Shown here: piece after piece, positions 28,792 to 38,642 of the stretch
How positions within the stretch are numbered: position 1 is the stretch's first letter
Layout of the letters: every line of letters begins with the position of its first letter
DNA from: Escherichia phage vB-Eco-KMB40
Strand: one strand, 5' to 3'
Sequence record: OR539220.1
Length of the DNA stretch: 64,000 nucleotides
The notes under the pieces: model-generated
Seen by the model: the letters and a program-made list of their open reading frames with translations, nothing else
What the model was told of the DNA's origin: nothing
Database searches by the model: none
Position numbers and translations under genes: made by a program

Positions 28792-29478
28792 TTAAAAATC
28801 GTGGGTAGAATCAGCTTCAAGAGCTACTACATAATTCGCATGTTCACCTTCAAATTTAGCAGCACCTTGTTTACCTTTTGCCCAGAGCAGAAGTTTATAA
28901 TTTCCTGGTTGCATTTTCATATTTGCCATATTGATAATGAAATTAAATGTATTTTCACCATCATAATCACCAAGAGTCAAAGAATATTTAACACGGGTCA
29001 GAGCAGAATCTTCTACTTTATTAAAACCGTTAATTACGATTTTACCTTCTTTTACCGTGATAGCAATTGTATCAATTTGCAGACCACGAGATACACGCAA
29101 CAGTTGTTGAAGGTCTTCAGCTTTAATTTCAGTAACAACAGATGCTACCGGGAATGGAATTGGTTTATTAGGAGCAACTACTGTACTCGGATCGGCTGCT
29201 GGCCAAAAAATTGTTGAGCGGGCATCAGCAATTTTAATATTTCCATCTTCTGACTGGGAAATTTCTGCATCATCATTAACTAGAGACAGAATACCGAGAA
29301 AACCGTTCAAATCGTAAATTGCTACATCAAAATCAATAACGTCAGAAATATTTGCTTCCGCATAAGTTGTACCATTAACTGCGCGAGTCATAATAAATTG
29401 ACCGGATTTAAGCATAATACCAGAGTTAATAGTAGCGAAATTTTTAAGCAGAGCAGTAGTATCTTTAGACAGTTTCAT
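28792..29478 (-). CDS. 45: sliding clamp (228 aa)
   Basis: 228 aa, matches T4 gp45. Confidence 0.9.
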   Translation of the reverse strand: MKLSKDTTALLKNFATINSGIMLKSGQFIMTRAVNGTTYAEANISDVIDFDVAIYDLNGFLGILSLVNDDAEISQSEDGNIKIADARSTIFWPAADPSTVVAPNKPIPFPVASVVTEIKAEDLQQLLRVSRGLQIDTIAITVKEGKIVINGFNKVEDSALTRVKYSLTLGDYDGENTFNFIINMANMKMQPGNYKLLLWAKGKQGAAKFEGEHANYVVALEADSTHDF

Positions 29479-29507
29479 GTAATTTCCTTCAATTCAAATG
29501 AGATTTA

Positions 29508-29532
29508 ATTTTATAACTAATTTAATAAAGCA
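29508..29532 (-). promoter_or_regulatory. candidate middle promoter (MotA box TGCTTTA, 12-nt spacer, TAAAAT)
   Basis: minus strand TGCTTTA at 29526-29532, TAAAAT at 29508-29513; upstream of gene 45. Confidence 0.4.
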
Positions 29533-29533
29533 A

Positions 29534-29923
29534 TTAACGATTAAAATCAGCTGCGATTGTTTCGGCAACAATTTGAGCGGCAACAATCAGACGTTCATCT
29601 GCATTGCCACAATATTCATCTTCAAGGCGTTCACCACATGAAGTCATAATAAATTTAGCACCAGCGTTTAGGGATTCTGTAGTATGTTTGCGCATTAGTT
29701 CAATCCATTTATTACTTACTTCACGATCGATAGCTTCATAATACGCATGACGAGCAGGTGCAGATTTAATTTTGTTCTGAATAACTTCCATTGCGTTATC
29801 AGAAAGAGACAAAACCCATGCTCGACGAATTTTATTTTGGTTTTGTGGATTTGATTCAGAACGCACGTGTTTTGGCTGAATATCTTTTACATCAACAGTA
29901 TAATTCACAGTAATTTTAGTCAT
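29534..29923 (-). CDS. rpbA: RNA polymerase binding protein RpbA (129 aa)
   Basis: 129 aa, position between 45 and 46. Confidence 0.75.
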   Translation of the reverse strand: MTKITVNYTVDVKDIQPKHVRSESNPQNQNKIRRAWVLSLSDNAMEVIQNKIKSAPARHAYYEAIDREVSNKWIELMRKHTTESLNAGAKFIMTSCGERLEDEYCGNADERLIVAAQIVAETIAADFNR

Positions 29924-29932
29924 AATACACCT

Positions 29933-30121
29933 TTAGTCATAATAATCAGTAACAGTCCAAGCTTCATTTCTATTGGACATTATTTTTGTATATTCTGCTT
30001 TAAATGCATTCCTAAGCATAGATTCAGTAACTATATGCTCTTCATTAGAAAAATTATTTCTCAGAATATATCGTTTTATTTCAGGAAAAGTTAATAAATG
30101 CTGTCCAGTTGAATATTCCAT
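29933..30121 (-). CDS. hypothetical small protein (62 aa)
   Basis: ORF between rpbA and 46. Confidence 0.4.
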   Translation of the reverse strand: MEYSTGQHLLTFPEIKRYILRNNFSNEEHIVTESMLRNAFKAEYTKIMSNRNEAWTVTDYYD

Positions 30122-30176
30122 GTTTTTCCTCCATAGAGATTATACTCTAATAAATTAAAGCATAATCTCTTATAAA

Positions 30177-31859
30177 TTAAACCATTACAGTAAATCGACC
30201 AACTTTCTTCATTTGAAGATGCTGACCATATTCTTGCGGGTCATGGTCTTTATGCGAAATTATAAAAACATTAGTGTTTTTCATTGAATTTATAATATTA
30301 GCTACACCTTTAATACCTTCGGCGTCAAATGACCCATCAAACACTTCATCGAGTATTAATGTACTAATACTAACACCAGATACAATAGAAGCAATATCAC
30401 GCCAAGTAAATAAAAGAGCAATATCAATTCTTGCCTTTTCACCTTCACTAAATGAAGCATAACTAAAATCTTCACGACCACGGGATTTAATTGTCTCATT
30501 AAATTCTTCATCTAATGTAAACACATAATCCGCTTCCATTATTTTAAGATAATGGTTAATCTGCTTATTAAATAATGGAATGTACTTTTTAATAATAGCA
30601 CCTTTAATACCAGAATCTTTGAGCATATCAGTCAAAATTCCTCGGTGATATTTTTCCATTACTAAATTAGTTTTTGTCTTAACAATTTTATCAAGTTCTT
30701 CTTGAAGCAGTGCTATTTCATCAGCATGGTCAATAAACTCAGAAGATGCTTTTTCTATAGCTGCTTTAACTTTTTTAGCTTTATCTACCGTCGTGATTAG
30801 AGATTGCTTTTTATTGCGAATATCATTTGCCAACGACTGCTGGGTTTTAATATTATCTCGGTATTCATCAACAAGAACTTTTAAATTATCACGATGTGTT
30901 GAAAGCTGTTCAAACGAATGCGTACATTCAGAAACTTTATCTTTAATTTTAGAAACAACTTTATCACCGGAACTTAATTGTGACAAACAGGTTGGACATA
31001 ATCCACCTTCGTGATACATATTAATGACTTTATTATACGAGTCAATTTTTGATTTAATTAAAACTGCTTCTTGACCGATTTTATTAAATGCATCAGTCGG
31101 GTCTTCGTCTAAAACAATATTAACTAATCTTTCATTAGCTTCTTCTATTTCTGATTTTAGCGTTCTAGCTTCTTTTGCCAAATCATCATACATATTTTGA
31201 AGACGAGTAAGGTTGTCACCAGTTAATTTTTTCTGGCGTTCAACGTTATCATTATATATTTTAATTTGTTGGATAATACTATCTTTTTTGACATCAAGCA
31301 CTTGGTTCTGCGAATTTAATTCACGTATTAGTGCTTTATTAAGCTTATCCATTTCAGCTAATGTTCCTACCTCAAGCAAGTCTTCCACAAGCTTTCTTCG
31401 CGCAGGGGTCGACAAACCCATGAAAGGGGTATACCCTGCTGTACCAAGGACAACAATCTGCTTGAAACTGGCATATGACATTCCGATAAGCTGTTCAAAT
31501 TCTGCTTGGAAATCTTTACTGCTGGCAGATTCATTAAGACGTGTACCGTTAACGGTGATTTCGAAAACGTTTGGTTTTTGTCCTCTTTTGATATAGTACT
31601 TTTTCTCATCATATTCCATCCACAGTTCAACTAAAAGTTCTTTCTTATTTGTGCTGTTTATTAATTGGCCTTTCTTTACATCGCGAAATGGCTTGCCAAA
31701 AAGCCCAAATGTGATGGCTTCTAGCATAGTAGACTTACCACCGCCATTTCGTCCAGTAATAAGAGTTTTTTGAACCTTATCTAATTGAATGTCAACTCCA
31801 TTTTGACCAACTGACATTATATTTTTATATTTTACTCTATTAAGTTTAAATGATTTCAT
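30177..31859 (-). CDS. 46: recombination nuclease subunit, Rad50/SbcC-like (560 aa)
   Basis: 560 aa, Walker A GRNGGGKST, coiled coil with CPTC hook; matches T4 gp46. Confidence 0.9.
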   Translation of the reverse strand: MKSFKLNRVKYKNIMSVGQNGVDIQLDKVQKTLITGRNGGGKSTMLEAITFGLFGKPFRDVKKGQLINSTNKKELLVELWMEYDEKKYYIKRGQKPNVFEITVNGTRLNESASSKDFQAEFEQLIGMSYASFKQIVVLGTAGYTPFMGLSTPARRKLVEDLLEVGTLAEMDKLNKALIRELNSQNQVLDVKKDSIIQQIKIYNDNVERQKKLTGDNLTRLQNMYDDLAKEARTLKSEIEEANERLVNIVLDEDPTDAFNKIGQEAVLIKSKIDSYNKVINMYHEGGLCPTCLSQLSSGDKVVSKIKDKVSECTHSFEQLSTHRDNLKVLVDEYRDNIKTQQSLANDIRNKKQSLITTVDKAKKVKAAIEKASSEFIDHADEIALLQEELDKIVKTKTNLVMEKYHRGILTDMLKDSGIKGAIIKKYIPLFNKQINHYLKIMEADYVFTLDEEFNETIKSRGREDFSYASFSEGEKARIDIALLFTWRDIASIVSGVSISTLILDEVFDGSFDAEGIKGVANIINSMKNTNVFIISHKDHDPQEYGQHLQMKKVGRFTVMV

Positions 31860-31874
31860 TTTGTATCCAATTGT

Positions 31875-32729
31875 TCACAATGAAGAAAATTCTTTAACTA
31901 AAGCCTGTAATGAAGCCTCTATTGGATATCCATTCTTAACTAACATTTTCCTAAACATCACATGTTTAGGACGATTATATGATATCCACAATTCATACAA
32001 TTTATCTTTATTATCCCAATGATAGCCTTTTCGTCGAGATGCTATATGAGCTTTTCTAATCTCCGGATTTTTCCAACTAGCAGCTACTGAATTTGATATA
32101 GCTATTTTATATTCAGGTTTTGATAAAGCAGCACGAACAGCCTTTTGGTGTTTAATTTTATTTTCTTCGTTATTAAACCATTCCCTTGAAGCCATTGAAA
32201 TTTTTTGTTTTGTTTTAAAATTATTTAATCTTTCTTTGTTATCTTTCCTATTTTTTGCTACTGAAAAATATTTTAATGCCCTTTCTCTAGCAGCATTTCT
32301 ATTTTGCGGATTTGAATAATACTGTTGAAGTCTTTTTGATATTGTGTCACTTACATCTTGTTTTATAAAACTATACTCAGCAGCTATTAAATCAACTTCG
32401 GCTAAAGATAAATTTTTATATGTTTTTCCTGACATCATTCTATTTAAAGCATTTAGCATTTTTCCATTTTTACCTTTTGCTAATAAGAAATGTGCTTTAA
32501 AATGATTAAAATGACTTAAATTAACTAAATTCCATGTAGATTTTAAATATTCAGGAAATATTGATTTAGGAAGCACGTGGTGTGCTTCCGTTTTACCTGG
32601 AGTTTTAACAGTTGAATTCATAGAAATAAAATTAATGTAAGACTTGGCGTCTTCTTCACTCAACGCTAATTTTTCAACTAATTCCTTTATTAAAAATTCA
32701 TCATTAATGTCAAGTTTAAAATTCTTCAC
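31875..32729 (-). CDS. free-standing HNH homing endonuclease (284 aa)
   Basis: HNH motif EAHHVLP...NLVNLSHFNHFKAH; lies between 46 and 46.1; starts with GTG overlapping 46.1 stop (GTGA). Confidence 0.7.
   Translation of the reverse strand: MKNFKLDINDEFLIKELVEKLALSEEDAKSYINFISMNSTVKTPGKTEAHHVLPKSIFPEYLKSTWNLVNLSHFNHFKAHFLLAKGKNGKMLNALNRMMSGKTYKNLSLAEVDLIAAEYSFIKQDVSDTISKRLQQYYSNPQNRNAARERALKYFSVAKNRKDNKERLNNFKTKQKISMASREWFNNEENKIKHQKAVRAALSKPEYKIAISNSVAASWKNPEIRKAHIASRRKGYHWDNKDKLYELWISYNRPKHVMFRKMLVKNGYPIEASLQALVKEFSSL
32695..32713. repeat. 19-bp direct repeat copy A (aattcatcattaatgtcaa) at 5' end of HNH gene
   Basis: identical to 32898-32916; both encode FDINDEF-type N-terminal codons. 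Confidence 0.8.
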
Positions 32730-32941
32730 AAAAGATTCCTTTTAATGTATCTTTTAGACCATTCTATCATATCATCATAATCTAAAAAGTATTCATCAAA
32801 TTCAGCCATGCAAACAACACCTTGTGCTGCTTTTGATGTGATATAAATTATTCCAACATATCTAGAATCTTCTTCGGTATAATCAATATTTGCTATGAAT
32901 TCATCATTAATGTCAAATGTCGAAAACTTCACAGTATGCAT
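32726..32941 (-). CDS. 46.1-position small protein (71 aa)
   Basis: ATG at 32941; N-terminus MHTVKFSTFDINDEF shares DINDEF with HNH ORF start. Confidence 0.45.
   Translation of the reverse strand: MHTVKFSTFDINDEFIANIDYTEEDSRYVGIIYITSKAAQGVVCMAEFDEYFLDYDDMIEWSKRYIKRNLL
32898..32916. repeat. 19-bp direct repeat copy B at 5' end of 46.1
   Basis: identical to 32695-32713. Confidence 0.8.
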
Positions 32942-33176
32942 CCTTAATACAAGATACAGCCATATCTCGTAATGATTTAGGTGTGTCATTATCTAAAATG
33001 TTGAAGTTAAAAGATACAGCCCAGTCAGTGCAGACTGTAACCTTTTTAATACAATTATCTTCAACCTCTAACGGTTCAAACCAATATTCAATAATTTCTT
33101 TATGCCCAATATCATCTTTTACTTCACATTCAAAATGCTGACTCATCATAACATTTTTAAATTCATCAAAAGTCAT
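32913..33176 (-). CDS. 46.2-position small protein (87 aa)
   Basis: ORF between 47 and 46.1. Confidence 0.45.
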   Translation of the reverse strand: MTFDEFKNVMMSQHFECEVKDDIGHKEIIEYWFEPLEVEDNCIKKVTVCTDWAVSFNFNILDNDTPKSLRDMAVSCIKDAYCEVFDI

Positions 33177-34192
33177 TGTGTTGCCTCTACATATAGCTGA
33201 TTTGCATATTGAATAAGTGCTTCGCGATCAGAATCAGTGATGTCTGGAATTGCATTAATGTATTCTTCCATCAACGTCTGAAGAGATTGAACTTCAACTT
33301 CTTCACTGTCATCTGACTCGACAGAGTTATCAATCTTTGACACAACTCGTAATGAATGCACAACTTTCTCTAGTTCAGATTCGAACTTCGTCAGATTTTT
33401 GTCTACTTCAGTTACTATAACACGTACTGATAGATTTGTAAAATCTTTATAGTCAATTTTTCCTTTAAATGGATAATGAATTCTACGATGCCAGGTAGTG
33501 TTGTTTGGAATAAATTCCATTCGTTCTGTTTCTGTATCAAACATCCAGAACCCACGAGGGTCATTCTCGTCACCGGCAGTTAGTGTCCATGGTGTCCCAA
33601 TATATCTGACGTTAGCAGCCTCAGAGATAGTATGGAAGTGACCAGACCACACCTCTTTATAAGTCTTAAGGAAATCAGGTTCAAGACCGTGAGATTTCAT
33701 TCCTTTATAAAAATAAAATCCATTCAGTTCCCAGTGACCAACACAAAAAGAAGCAGATGAAGTTTTGATGTGCTCAAGAATTTCACCAGTATTTTCTTCA
33801 CACATCCAAGGAATTAAATCAATTAAACATCCGTCAAAATCTACTGTAGTAGGCTTATCATATACTTTAACATTAGGATATTTAGCCAAAAGCTCAGTAG
33901 AGGCATTTGGAGTTAAAGTATTTTTAAAGTGCATATCATGGTTTCCTACAACAGTATGTAGGGTAATACCAGCATCATCAAGCATTTGAACTATTTCACG
34001 AGCGAACTCCATAGTTTTATGCGTGATTGCTTTTCGCACATCAAAAATATCGCCGTATTGAATCCATGTAGTAATTCCATTTTTCTTAGAATATTCTATT
34101 GCTTGTTTAATTCCATCCAACTGAATGGATTGAACCCACTCATCATCGGCTTTAACGCCTAAATGCCAATCACCTAAATTTAAAATTTTCAT
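33173..34192 (-). CDS. 47: recombination nuclease subunit, Mre11/SbcD-like (339 aa)
   Basis: phosphoesterase motifs DWHLG, GNHD; 339 aa as T4 gp47. Confidence 0.9.
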   Translation of the reverse strand: MKILNLGDWHLGVKADDEWVQSIQLDGIKQAIEYSKKNGITTWIQYGDIFDVRKAITHKTMEFAREIVQMLDDAGITLHTVVGNHDMHFKNTLTPNASTELLAKYPNVKVYDKPTTVDFDGCLIDLIPWMCEENTGEILEHIKTSSASFCVGHWELNGFYFYKGMKSHGLEPDFLKTYKEVWSGHFHTISEAANVRYIGTPWTLTAGDENDPRGFWMFDTETERMEFIPNNTTWHRRIHYPFKGKIDYKDFTNLSVRVIVTEVDKNLTKFESELEKVVHSLRVVSKIDNSVESDDSEEVEVQSLQTLMEEYINAIPDITDSDREALIQYANQLYVEATQ

Positions 34193-34329
34193 ATATCAAG
34201 AACCGTCATTGAAATGCAAAATAAAATTATTGAAATAAATCCATCTGGAGTGCTAAAGAACCCAATCCAACATGCTCTAGTGAATAGATAAAATGCGAGA
34301 AAAAGTATCACATATCCAAGAAATATCAT
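34189..34329 (-). CDS. small membrane peptide (46 aa), not in ORF track
   Basis: MIFLGYVILFLAFYLFTRACWIGFFSTPDGFISIILFCISMTVLDI; stop overlaps gene 47 ATG; SD GGAG. Confidence 0.4.
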   Translation of the reverse strand: MIFLGYVILFLAFYLFTRACWIGFFSTPDGFISIILFCISMTVLDI

Positions 34330-34352
34330 TATATCAAACTCCGTATAAAGCT

Positions 34353-34370
34353 AAAGGGCCGAAGCCCTTT
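34353..34370 (-). terminator. intrinsic terminator hairpin after a-gt, possibly bidirectional
   Basis: AAAGGGC-cgaa-GCCCTTT perfect 7-bp stem with U-rich flanks on both strands. Confidence 0.6.
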
Positions 34371-35571
34371 ATTTTGTAATAATGTCAAACTGTTCTTTAA
34401 AGCAGAAGCTTGAATCTTGATGCTGATACAAAAATTCATAAGCTTTTTCGCGTTCGCGGTCATAAAGAGTTCGGTCAGATGACAGTTCTTTAATACGTTC
34501 AAATGTTGATTCCATGTCATTTTCATCAAACCAAATGATACCGCTATCATGCGAGGTCAAAGGAGTATTATCAACACGGAATTTTAAATTTTCGCCAGTA
34601 GATTTCCAAAATACCGGAATTGTTCCACATGCACCAAGCTCGAGATGAGTATATTCTAAAGAACGTTGTAGATATTTTTTATCCAACTTACTCAACTGAT
34701 AACCAAAACCGGATTTACTCATACGTTCAAGCATTTCGCTATTTACATAACGGTCAAGAATTTGCGTTGGCAAATTAGGAGCAATTTTAATTTGGTCTAC
34801 TTGATGAAGACGATAATACTCGTATGGAATTCCTTTTTCTTTAATAGGAATGAACGCTGGAGAACGTTCCAGACCTTCCATAATAGTACTTAGTCCTGCA
34901 GGTTTAAGATGTTTTTCATGAAAATCAAACATCTGATAAAAACCTTTCCATGTGGTCGTACGACCAATCCAACGGTTGATATTCATGTTAATTTCAGAAA
35001 CATCTTTCCAGTAGGTTGACCGAACCTTCGCAATATCCATAGGAGGCTGAAAGTTATATACTGTCGGTGCTTCTTCAATATCATCAAACAGAGAAACTGT
35101 TTCAGGATACCATTCTTTCATCAGAACTTTATTAAAATCACCATTATCAGAATGGCTAAAAATAACATCAGCTCGACGAACAGTTTCTTCTAATCCCAAA
35201 TTTCGACGCAAAGAAAGAGAAGAATGGTCATGTTGATAAACTACAACACGAACAGAAGGTTTAATGTTATCAATAATTTTTTTATAGTTATTAATAGTGT
35301 CTTCTTCAACCGAAGTAGCAGGAACTGAATTGATAATTAGAATATCACAATCATTTACCAGCTTAAGTGTTTTATCATATTCTTTTGCCAATAAAACCGG
35401 AATTGAAAATGATTTATAATCATGCGCGCAATTACGAGTAAATGATTTATCTTTAGCATAAACCAAAGTTACTTCATGACCATTCTTAATAAACCAATCA
35501 CGTTGCTCAAGAGAAAATTTAGTTACACCACAACCTTCAAGACCTCGAGCCATAAAAATACATACTTTCAT
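34369..35571 (-). CDS. a-gt: alpha-glucosyltransferase (400 aa)
   Basis: N-terminus ICIFMARGLEGCGVTKFSLEQRDWFIKNGHEV and 400 aa as T4 alpha-gt. Confidence 0.9.
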   Translation of the reverse strand: MKVCIFMARGLEGCGVTKFSLEQRDWFIKNGHEVTLVYAKDKSFTRNCAHDYKSFSIPVLLAKEYDKTLKLVNDCDILIINSVPATSVEEDTINNYKKIIDNIKPSVRVVVYQHDHSSLSLRRNLGLEETVRRADVIFSHSDNGDFNKVLMKEWYPETVSLFDDIEEAPTVYNFQPPMDIAKVRSTYWKDVSEINMNINRWIGRTTTWKGFYQMFDFHEKHLKPAGLSTIMEGLERSPAFIPIKEKGIPYEYYRLHQVDQIKIAPNLPTQILDRYVNSEMLERMSKSGFGYQLSKLDKKYLQRSLEYTHLELGACGTIPVFWKSTGENLKFRVDNTPLTSHDSGIIWFDENDMESTFERIKELSSDRTLYDREREKAYEFLYQHQDSSFCFKEQFDIITK

Positions 35572-35595
35572 TTAATATCCTCTTTGTTTTGGTTT

Positions 35596-35619
35596 ATTTT
35601 ACCAAAAATTTATAAAGCA
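35596..35619 (-). promoter_or_regulatory. candidate middle promoter (MotA box TGCTTTA, 11-nt spacer, TAAAAT)
   Basis: minus strand TGCTTTA at 35613-35619, TAAAAT at 35596-35601; upstream of a-gt. Confidence 0.35.
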
Positions 35620-35622
35620 ATA

Positions 35623-35640
35623 TAGGAGCCGAAGCTCCTA
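35623..35640 (-). terminator. intrinsic terminator hairpin
   Basis: TAGGAGC-cgaa-GCTCCTA perfect 7-bp stem. Confidence 0.5.
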
Positions 35641-35829
35641 TCCACATAATACGCCATACAGAGGCTCGTTAGAACTTTTAAATTTTATGCGCTTATATTT
35701 TATAGTTCCTTCTGCTTTAGCTTTATCATGAGACTCTTTAAAGCGTCTCATCATTTCCTCTTGAGAGGAACGAATTTTATTATAATCTATTTCAGAAGTC
35801 TGGTGTTCATCTTTCATAACTGCCACCAT
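35638..35829 (-). CDS. hypothetical small protein (63 aa)
   Basis: ORF in a-gt to 55 cluster. Confidence 0.4.
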   Translation of the reverse strand: MVAVMKDEHQTSEIDYNKIRSSQEEMMRRFKESHDKAKAEGTIKYKRIKFKSSNEPLYGVLCG

Positions 35830-36020
35830 TTTTTGACTTGATAAGAATCAACCCACACTTTCATATTGGGGTCTGCTCTTACAATAGGAGGATTAACTTC
35901 TTTAATTGAACTATCATGGTATTCTTTTTCAGAAATTTTCACACAAAGATGACCATTCAAAGATTCAGTAAATCCTGCATTAATTTTAAGACGCTTGAAT
36001 TTTACGTGTGTAAGCATCAA
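35814..36020 (-). CDS. hypothetical small protein (68 aa)
   Basis: ORF in a-gt to 55 cluster. Confidence 0.4.
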   Translation of the reverse strand: MMLTHVKFKRLKINAGFTESLNGHLCVKISEKEYHDSSIKEVNPPIVRADPNMKVWVDSYQVKKWWQL

Positions 36021-36303
36021 TCATATCCTCAATCTGCGATCTAGTAGTCTTCCAAAGAATACTGATGAGTTCATCGTTATATGGCTGTTTCAGAATATCC
36101 CGACTTTTCTTGATAGCATATTCGTATTGAGCAAAATTATTATTTTCAGCTGCAATCTGAGCGTGCTTATAAAGACGATTCAGTTCGCGTTTGTTTTTAG
36201 ACAATAACTTATTTGCTTTTCTTTCTGCTTCAAGACGGTTCTTTTCTTCAATAGAAGAAATAAGCTTTTCCACTTCATCATTAATTTCGGGTTTATCAGT
36301 CAT
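35986..36303 (-). CDS. hypothetical protein (105 aa)
   Basis: ORF in a-gt to 55 cluster. Confidence 0.45.
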   Translation of the reverse strand: MTDKPEINDEVEKLISSIEEKNRLEAERKANKLLSKNKRELNRLYKHAQIAAENNNFAQYEYAIKKSRDILKQPYNDELISILWKTTRSQIEDMIDAYTRKIQAS

Positions 36304-36304
36304 A

Positions 36305-36523
36305 TTATTTCTCTAATATAAAATAAAAATCATCATCTGTTAAATGATACCGATAGTTTAATTCTACACCATTAGATTTAAAAGCGGTATCATACGGATT
36401 TTCTGGATCAATATCAATGTCAAGAGCTAAAACTTCCCTGAGATACATTTTAAGTAAATAGGGAATAGCTTCAACTTCAGGTATTTCTTCCAAGAATCCG
36501 GAGAGGTTAATCGTTAGCCTCAT
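36305..36523 (-). CDS. hypothetical small protein (72 aa)
   Basis: ORF directly downstream of gene 55. Confidence 0.45.
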
Positions 36524-37064
36524 ATAAAAAATCCAAACTAGGAGAATCGTCTACAACACTTTTCTTTTCAGCCCCCGGTGTTCTATAGGTTGATTCTTCG
36601 TAATGCGTCATTTTATCGTAGATGTCTTGAATAAAAGTTTCATCTACTAACGCAACCATATCGTCGTCACGACTGTCATAGACATTGTGAACGAAGTAAC
36701 TATATTTCTTTGCAACTTCCTTACGTTCTTTTTTAATACGTTGGACGAATGCATTAAAACAAGCTTGAGTTATATACGCATGTGGGTTTTTATATTTCGT
36801 TTCATCAAAATTATGAAGCCCCTTAATAGAAGCTTCTATACCATCTGCAATCATTTCTTGTTTCCAAGACTGGGTGTATCCTGAAAAGTTGAAACGTTTA
36901 GATAAGCCTTCTGCAATAAGCATAATGGCTAATCCGATAGTATCATTCTGACGAACTACTTTATTTGGGTCTTTATTATTTGCTAATTCTGTTTTCCAAT
37001 CAATAATAGCCTGTAAAAGCTCTTTATTGTTTACGTAATTATATTTAGGCTTAGTTTCTGACAT
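36507..37064 (-). CDS. 55: late-transcription sigma factor gp55 (185 aa)
   Basis: [23 protein letters not shown] as T4 gp55; ATG at 37064 with SD AGAGGTG, track start is GTG. Confidence 0.85.
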
Positions 37065-37144
37065 TTTCACCTCTTAGCTCAATTCATAGATCTATTATAT
37101 CATAATATTTGAAGATCTATCTTAAAGCATAGAGGATGAATCAG

Positions 37145-37414
37145 TTATCTAAGTAAACAGTATGCTTGGAACACTTTCTCCATCATCTTTTTAAATTCAT
37201 GAATATCTATATAATGACTAGTTAAATCAGCATGATATAAAAAGTCTAAAAACTTTTCATGTGTGCTAACATATTCACTTTCATTTAATTCAGAAACATG
37301 ACTTTCCCAATATCCAACACCAGTCTTATTTGGGAAAAATGAAATTTTCATATATTGGTCAACATAGAAAATGCCATAATTTTCAATAGTAATAGAAATA
37401 TTAATAAATTTCAT
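37145..37414 (-). CDS. hypothetical protein (89 aa)
   Basis: ORF in 55-nrdH cluster. Confidence 0.4.
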   Translation of the reverse strand: MKFINISITIENYGIFYVDQYMKISFFPNKTGVGYWESHVSELNESEYVSTHEKFLDFLYHADLTSHYIDIHEFKKMMEKVFQAYCLLR

Positions 37415-37632
37415 ACATTCATCAACTTAGCCGCTTCGAGAGCTGCATCTATTGAATCAAATTGGTCAACATATTCAATCAATTCGCCGTAATTAGCATA
37501 TAACCACCATTGGCTAAATTCATACTCAAGGATGAATCCGTTTCCTTCAATTTGAGTTAAACCAATGCCATTTGTATTTACTTCATACCCAGCAAGACGC
37601 AAATCGTTAATAAGAGCTTCGTTCATATTCAT
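37411..37632 (-). CDS. hypothetical protein (73 aa)
   Basis: ORF in 55-nrdH cluster. Confidence 0.4.
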   Translation of the reverse strand: MNMNEALINDLRLAGYEVNTNGIGLTQIEGNGFILEYEFSQWWLYANYGELIEYVDQFDSIDAALEAAKLMNV

Positions 37633-37955
37633 ACCTTAGTAATTTTCAGGTCTGCAAATTTTTTCTTGCGTTGATTTTTCATGCGACGAATAGTCTTATC
37701 GGAAATTTCACGCTTTTGATAAGCTTTAGATTCTACACCGAAAGCTTTAACATCAAATTCTGACAAGATATATTGAACCAACAATTCACGGACAGTATTG
37801 CGTCCAATCTTCTGATCATTCTGTTTCATCGTCTGATGAAGCTCTTTTTCCCATTTATCCAAAATTTGAGGAGTTACAATATCGCCTTTTTCTAACAAAG
37901 AAACTACTTTATCATATGCGTAAGAATTGATGGCGTTTTTAATTTGAATAGTCAT
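37629..37955 (-). CDS. hypothetical protein (108 aa)
   Basis: ORF in 55-nrdH cluster. Confidence 0.45.
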   Translation of the reverse strand: MTIQIKNAINSYAYDKVVSLLEKGDIVTPQILDKWEKELHQTMKQNDQKIGRNTVRELLVQYILSEFDVKAFGVESKAYQKREISDKTIRRMKNQRKKKFADLKITKV

Positions 37956-37993
37956 ACATTATCCTCAATTACGTTAAAATTTTATTATCCAAA

Positions 37994-38009
37994 AAGGGCC
38001 GAAGCCCTT
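37994..38009 (-). terminator. intrinsic terminator hairpin
   Basis: AAGGGC-cgaa-GCCCTT followed by U5 on transcript. Confidence 0.6.
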
Positions 38010-38208
38010 AGCTAAACTTTTTGGCACCCTTCCAGCCTTCGTACATCATTGCGACTGACAATGACAAAGCTCCTTCACATGCTGCATACTTATTATTCCA
38101 GAACCAATTTAGAAAAACTTCATCCTCAATACCATTGTGTTTCATGTTCTGGAAAAATTTGGCGCGTTCTTCAGCAATTCGCTGTGATAATTTAGATTCA
38201 GGATTCAT
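38008..38208 (-). CDS. hypothetical protein (66 aa)
   Basis: ORF in 55-nrdH cluster. Confidence 0.4.
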   Translation of the reverse strand: MNPESKLSQRIAEERAKFFQNMKHNGIEDEVFLNWFWNNKYAACEGALSLSVAMMYEGWKGAKKFS

Positions 38209-38341
38209 TTAAATTTTTCCAGTTACCGTTTTCATCAATAAATTTAATCCAGTCATTTACTGACCACTTGGTCGTATCGCCTTTTGGAGTAACATTTAAA
38301 GTGTATAACCCTTGTTTAAAAAGCATTCGTTTGATATTCAT
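38198..38341 (-). CDS. hypothetical small protein (47 aa)
   Basis: track ORF 38198..38425 trimmed to ATG at 38341 with SD GAGGAAA. Confidence 0.35.
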   Translation of the reverse strand: MNIKRMLFKQGLYTLNVTPKGDTTKWSVNDWIKFIDENGNWKNLNES

Positions 38342-38348
38342 ATTTTCC

Positions 38349-38642
38349 TCAGCTGTAACGATAACACTCGTTTGATTTACGTTTAGCAACTCGTTGAGAA
38401 ATATTATAATCAAAATCATCATCAATGTAAACAGATTTTTTCAACTTTCTTACTTCGCCGCGTAATTGACGATTTAACTCATCTTTAACTTCTGAATCAA
38501 TACCTTTCATTCTACGCCATTTATCTGAGCGAAAAATGTTTTCAACCATATCTTTATGACTTACACCATCAGGAGCTTTACGCTTTCCGAAATAGTCATA
38601 ATCACGCACTTTTAAGTCTTTACGACGATACGTTTTACCCAT
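38349..38642 (-). CDS. hypothetical basic protein (97 aa)
   Basis: track ORF starts with GTG at 38687; first ATG at 38642 overlaps upstream stop. Confidence 0.4.
   Translation of the reverse strand: MGKTYRRKDLKVRDYDYFGKRKAPDGVSHKDMVENIFRSDKWRRMKGIDSEVKDELNRQLRGEVRKLKKSVYIDDDFDYNISQRVAKRKSNECYRYS

Noticed and set aside
37094-37129. MotA box TGCTTTA at 37123-37129 upstream of gene 55
   Set aside because: No acceptable -10 hexamer at 11-13 nt spacing; left unannotated.
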